Source: an uncultured bacterium
GTDB lineage: Bacteria; Patescibacteriota; Saccharimonadia; UBA4664; SCTI01
DNA: 64,000 bases
Assembly (NCBI GenBank): GCA_963721685.1
Contig: CAVRJJ010000001.1
Location: forward strand, 4,555-68,554
Direction: 5' to 3'
The first letter of the stretch is position 1. Every line of letters begins with the position of its first letter. The position numbers and the translations under genes are program-made. The notes under the pieces are model-generated. The model worked only from the letters and a program-made list of their open reading frames with translations. It was not told the origin of the DNA and ran no database searches. This document shows positions 60,618-64,000 of this stretch, one piece after another.

Positions 60618-62051
60618 ATGGATTTATCTGAAAAACTTCAAGCCAAGCTAAAAGCACTGCCCAAACAGCCAGGGGTTTATTTCCATAAGGACGCTCAGGG
60701 CAAGATTATTTATATTGGCAAAGCCGCGGTTCTTAAAAACCGGGTGGGGTCGTATTTCCAGCAGAGTCGCCACCGCGACTTTAAGACCAAAATTTTAGTA
60801 GGTGAGATCGTTGACGTCGATTGGATTACGGTGGAGTCCGAAGTTGAAGCGCTGTTTTTGGAAAGCGAGTTCATAAAGCGCTATATGCCGAAATACAATA
60901 TCGATCTTCGTGACGATAAGCACTTCATTTATATTAAAATCCCGATGAAAGACGAATGGCCGGTTATTAGCTATGTGCGGCGACCGCTCGATGACGGTGC
61001 CGAATACTTTGGCCCGTTTACCTCTAGCGACGCGGTACGTAAAGCCATGCGCCAATTGCGCAAGGTCTTCCCTTACGTTACCCATTCAGTACATCCGCTT
61101 CCATCCAGAGCCTGCCTGCACTACCATATTGGTCTATGTCCGGGTCCTGAGTGTGGTGCGACAACAACTGCCGATTATAAACGTAGCTTGAGGCGGTTAA
61201 TGCTCTATATGCATGGCAAAAAAACGACGTTGACTAGTCAGATTGAAAAGGAGATGGTTCGCGCGGCCAAAAAACAGCTTTTTGAGTTGGCCGCGGACCG
61301 CCGCAACCAGTTGCGCAATCTGCAGGCTCTTGGTAAGCAAATGATCTTTAGCGATAAGGAATCATTTGACCTTTCCCGCGACCAAGCTCTGGTGGGGCTG
61401 GCTGACCGGCTTAATCTCAAAGGAATTCCTCGCCGGATAGAATGCTATGATATTTCGCACTTTCAGGGAACCGATAACGTGGCTAGTATGGTGGTGTTTA
61501 CCGACGGCGCCCCCAACAAGGAAGAGTACCGACGGTTTAAAATGCGTCTTGGAGGAAATGACGACTTCGCCCATATGGCTGAAGTTATCCGGCGGCGGTT
61601 TAGCGGGAAAAATTTAGAAAAATGGCTGAAGCCCGACCTCATTATTATTGATGGGGGCAAAGGACAGTTGAGCGCGGCCCTAAAAGTCTTAGACGAAGCC
61701 AAGATCATGATTCCCACTATTGGGCTAGCCAAGCGGGAAGAGGAAATTATTAGGCGGCTGGAGGTAGGCTATGAAAGTATCTTGTTGCCACACAGTTCGC
61801 ATGTACTGCAGTTGCTGCAACGGGTCAGGGATGAGGCCCATCGTTTTGCCGTAACCTACCATGGATTGCTTCGAGGTAAGCGCCAGACGGCGTCAATACT
61901 GGACGAGATCCCCGGCGTAGGGGCGGTAACGCGTAAAAAGCTTATTCGGGCTTTTGGGAGCGTAGCCGGGGTTAAGGCGGCCCCCATCGAGGACATTGCA
62001 GGAATTGTTGGCGAGGCACGCGCTAAAGTAATTGCCGAGTTGTTACGTTAA
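60618..62051 (+). CDS. uvrC: excinuclease ABC subunit C
   Basis: PGVY...IYIGKA GIY-YIG, ECYDISH, DGGKGQ, RDEAHRFA, HhH. Confidence 0.95.
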   Translation: MDLSEKLQAKLKALPKQPGVYFHKDAQGKIIYIGKAAVLKNRVGSYFQQSRHRDFKTKILVGEIVDVDWITVESEVEALFLESEFIKRYMPKYNIDLRDDKHFIYIKIPMKDEWPVISYVRRPLDDGAEYFGPFTSSDAVRKAMRQLRKVFPYVTHSVHPLPSRACLHYHIGLCPGPECGATTTADYKRSLRRLMLYMHGKKTTLTSQIEKEMVRAAKKQLFELAADRRNQLRNLQALGKQMIFSDKESFDLSRDQALVGLADRLNLKGIPRRIECYDISHFQGTDNVASMVVFTDGAPNKEEYRRFKMRLGGNDDFAHMAEVIRRRFSGKNLEKWLKPDLIIIDGGKGQLSAALKVLDEAKIMIPTIGLAKREEEIIRRLEVGYESILLPHSSHVLQLLQRVRDEAHRFAVTYHGLLRGKRQTASILDEIPGVGAVTRKKLIRAFGSVAGVKAAPIEDIAGIVGEARAKVIAELLR

Positions 62052-62102
62052 CTAAATCTAAATCCCTTTAAATTTGATACAATGCGCGATTATGAGTGAG
62101 CT

Positions 62103-64000
62103 ATGCTAAAGCGGCTAAGACAGATTCTTCGGGCGAAACCGGTGATCATCTCACTTGCAGTAGTTGTTTTATTAACTATCGCTATTGTTGTCGGGTCGGT
62201 GGTGCTGGTCAGCCGGTACGTGGCGGTTGGTACCGGGCTCCAACAGTCATATGATTATAGCCTCCGCCTTGAACAATTGCTATCGGAAGTGAGAAATGCC
62301 GGTATAAATCAGCGGCAGTACCTTATAACTGGCGATCTCACCTACGCGAATGGTTACAACGAGTCAGTTAAAAAAATTAATTCCCAATTGGCAGCCATCA
62401 AGCCCCTACTGGAGTCCAAACAATACGAAAAAATTAGTCGGCTAGTAAAGGTTCGGTTGACGACTTTGTCGAAGGCATCTGATATTTTGCGGAGCGGAGA
62501 CCGTCAGGCAGCTATTGATTCCACGGCAAACATTGAAAGTTTACGGCTTACCAGCCAGCTAACAGCTCAAATATCATCCCTTGAAAAACAAAAAAAACAG
62601 CAAATCGACCAACAGCGCGCCGCGACTTCTCGGTTATCCAACCTGGTTTTATTCGCTATTGCCGGTTGCGCGCTCATCAGTTGCGTCCTGATTGGATTTG
62701 TACTGCACTTAGTATTCGATTTGGAAAAAAAGGAAAAAAGTTTACGGCGCTCGCAGGGCGAACTGCAGTCAATTGTGGATCACGCGCCAAACTATATCCA
62801 AATGTTAGACCTGGACCTGAAAAGGGTTTTTATAAGCCGTTCCGCTGAAGGGACTACCACAGAGCCGTTACTTGGGAAGGTTTTCGGTGATTTTATGGAC
62901 AAGAGTGAGAAGCGGCGTGTTCACCGTATCTTACGCCAGGTAATTAAGACTAGCCGCTCAACCGATTTTGAGTTTGTGACCCATCTTGATGGAGGCGAAC
63001 AGTGGTACAAAAATAGTGTCGGCCCTATATATACCGGGAATATTATAACTGGGCTGGTATTAATTACGTTTGATACCAGCCGAGAGAAACAAGCGCTACG
63101 CAGCTTGGAAAAACAAAAAGAAGCAGCGGAGGAAGCGCAGGTTCAATCCGAGGCACTGCTTAAAAGTATTGGCGAAGGGTTGTTGGTGATTGACGAGCAT
63201 GGCGTAATAGCGAACGCCAACGCCGCTGCCACAACGGCATTGGGATATAAGGCAAACGCGCTTGTTGGAAAGTGGTTTCCCGGAACCGTGCTCGCGCTTG
63301 ATGCCCAAGGCAACGCTGTCCATCCGCTTAACCGGCCGGCCACCCAGGCATTAATGTCTGGCCGGGTGATTAGCGACACAATCACCTATCAGCGAAAAGA
63401 CGGTTCAACCTTTCCGGTGGCGTTAACGGTGTCGCCGGTGATTATCAAAGGTAAGCCGGTGGGGGCGATTGAAGTCTTCAGAGACTTAACCAATGAGCGG
63501 GAACTAGAGCACGCAAAAGAGCAGTTTGTATCCTTGGCGTCCCATCAATTGAGGACACCGGCAACGGGTGCCAAAGCTTTTATTTCAGTGCTGCTGGACG
63601 GCTATGCCGGAAAACTAACGGAGCGCCAGCGGGAATACATAGAAAAAATCCAGAAAACCAATGAGCGCCAGCTGGAAATTATTAACGATATGCTAAACGT
63701 TGCTCGGATAGATAGCGGAAGAATTATGCCTGAGATAGTGAGTACCAATATCGCCCAATTGCTGCGTGAAATTGTAGAGGAGCAGCGGCCCATGGCAACA
63801 GAGCGGCAACAGCGGCTGGAGTTAATCCTCCCCTCCAAAACCCCATCGATTCTTTGTGATCCAAAACTTATGCATATGGCTTTGGATAACATTTTAAACA
63901 ATGCCAGCAAGTATACTTATAAAGGGGGAGATATTAGCGTTAGTTTACGCTTTTCTGCAAGCCTGGCACACATCCGTGTTGAGGACACAGGTGTGGGCAT
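62103..64000 (+). CDS. sensor histidine kinase (TM-CHASE3-like-TM-PAS-PAS-HisKA-HATPase), truncated by window end
   Basis: Not in ORF track; ATG 62103 is in frame with QRQYLITG, RKDGSTFPV, FRDLT, ASHQLRTP, NILNNASKY and EDTGVG. Confidence 0.85.
   Translation, partial: MLKRLRQILRAKPVIISLAVVVLLTIAIVVGSVVLVSRYVAVGTGLQQSYDYSLRLEQLLSEVRNAGINQRQYLITGDLTYANGYNESVKKINSQLAAIKPLLESKQYEKISRLVKVRLTTLSKASDILRSGDRQAAIDSTANIESLRLTSQLTAQISSLEKQKKQQIDQQRAATSRLSNLVLFAIAGCALISCVLIGFVLHLVFDLEKKEKSLRRSQGELQSIVDHAPNYIQMLDLDLKRVFISRSAEGTTTEPLLGKVFGDFMDKSEKRRVHRILRQVIKTSRSTDFEFVTHLDGGEQWYKNSVGPIYTGNIITGLVLITFDTSREKQALRSLEKQKEAAEEAQVQSEALLKSIGEGLLVIDEHGVIANANAAATTALGYKANALVGKWFPGTVLALDAQGNAVHPLNRPATQALMSGRVISDTITYQRKDGSTFPVALTVSPVIIKGKPVGAIEVFRDLTNERELEHAKEQFVSLASHQLRTPATGAKAFISVLLDGYAGKLTERQREYIEKIQKTNERQLEIINDMLNVARIDSGRIMPEIVSTNIAQLLREIVEEQRPMATERQQRLELILPSKTPSILCDPKLMHMALDNILNNASKYTYKGGDISVSLRFSASLAHIRVEDTGVG

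Noticed and set aside
62666-63910. Small ORFs listed in the track near the window end
   Set aside because: They lie within the long histidine kinase frame starting at 62103

Overview
Bacterial chromosomal segment (standard code, about 50% GC by eye, gene-dense). Gene content suggests Patescibacteria/CPR, probably Saccharibacteria-like (inference: split transketolase in a gap-rpiB-rpe-tkt operon, DUF5671/pilin-like genes, cohesin proteins, LPQTG proteins, no amino-acid biosynthesis genes). Recognisable genes include dinB, xfp, acs, ahcY, tgt, trxB, ppa, gap, rpiB, rpe, tkt, gmk, uvrB/uvrA/uvrC, an ABC exporter and two histidine kinases. No CRISPR array, rRNA or transposase was seen. The most interesting loci are: (1) a six-gene surface cluster at 18.7-25.1 kb with two WxL/pilin-like paralogs, a DUF916-like protein, a dockerin protein and two cohesin proteins; (2) a cassette at 45.0-45.9 kb missed by the ORF track: promoter, leader peptide, terminator, a tRNA-Pro(GGG)-like cloverleaf with a hairpin-expanded 53-nt D-loop, a GC-rich orphan ORF and a second structured element; (3) a phosphoketolase fused to a CoA-binding domain and coupled to acetyl-CoA synthetase; (4) a 68-aa LPQTG micro-protein next to a processive GT2; (5) pervasive leaderless promoter architecture, a recurring CATAAGCR motif and several small pseudogenes. 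All family calls come from motif recognition by eye; no database searches were run.
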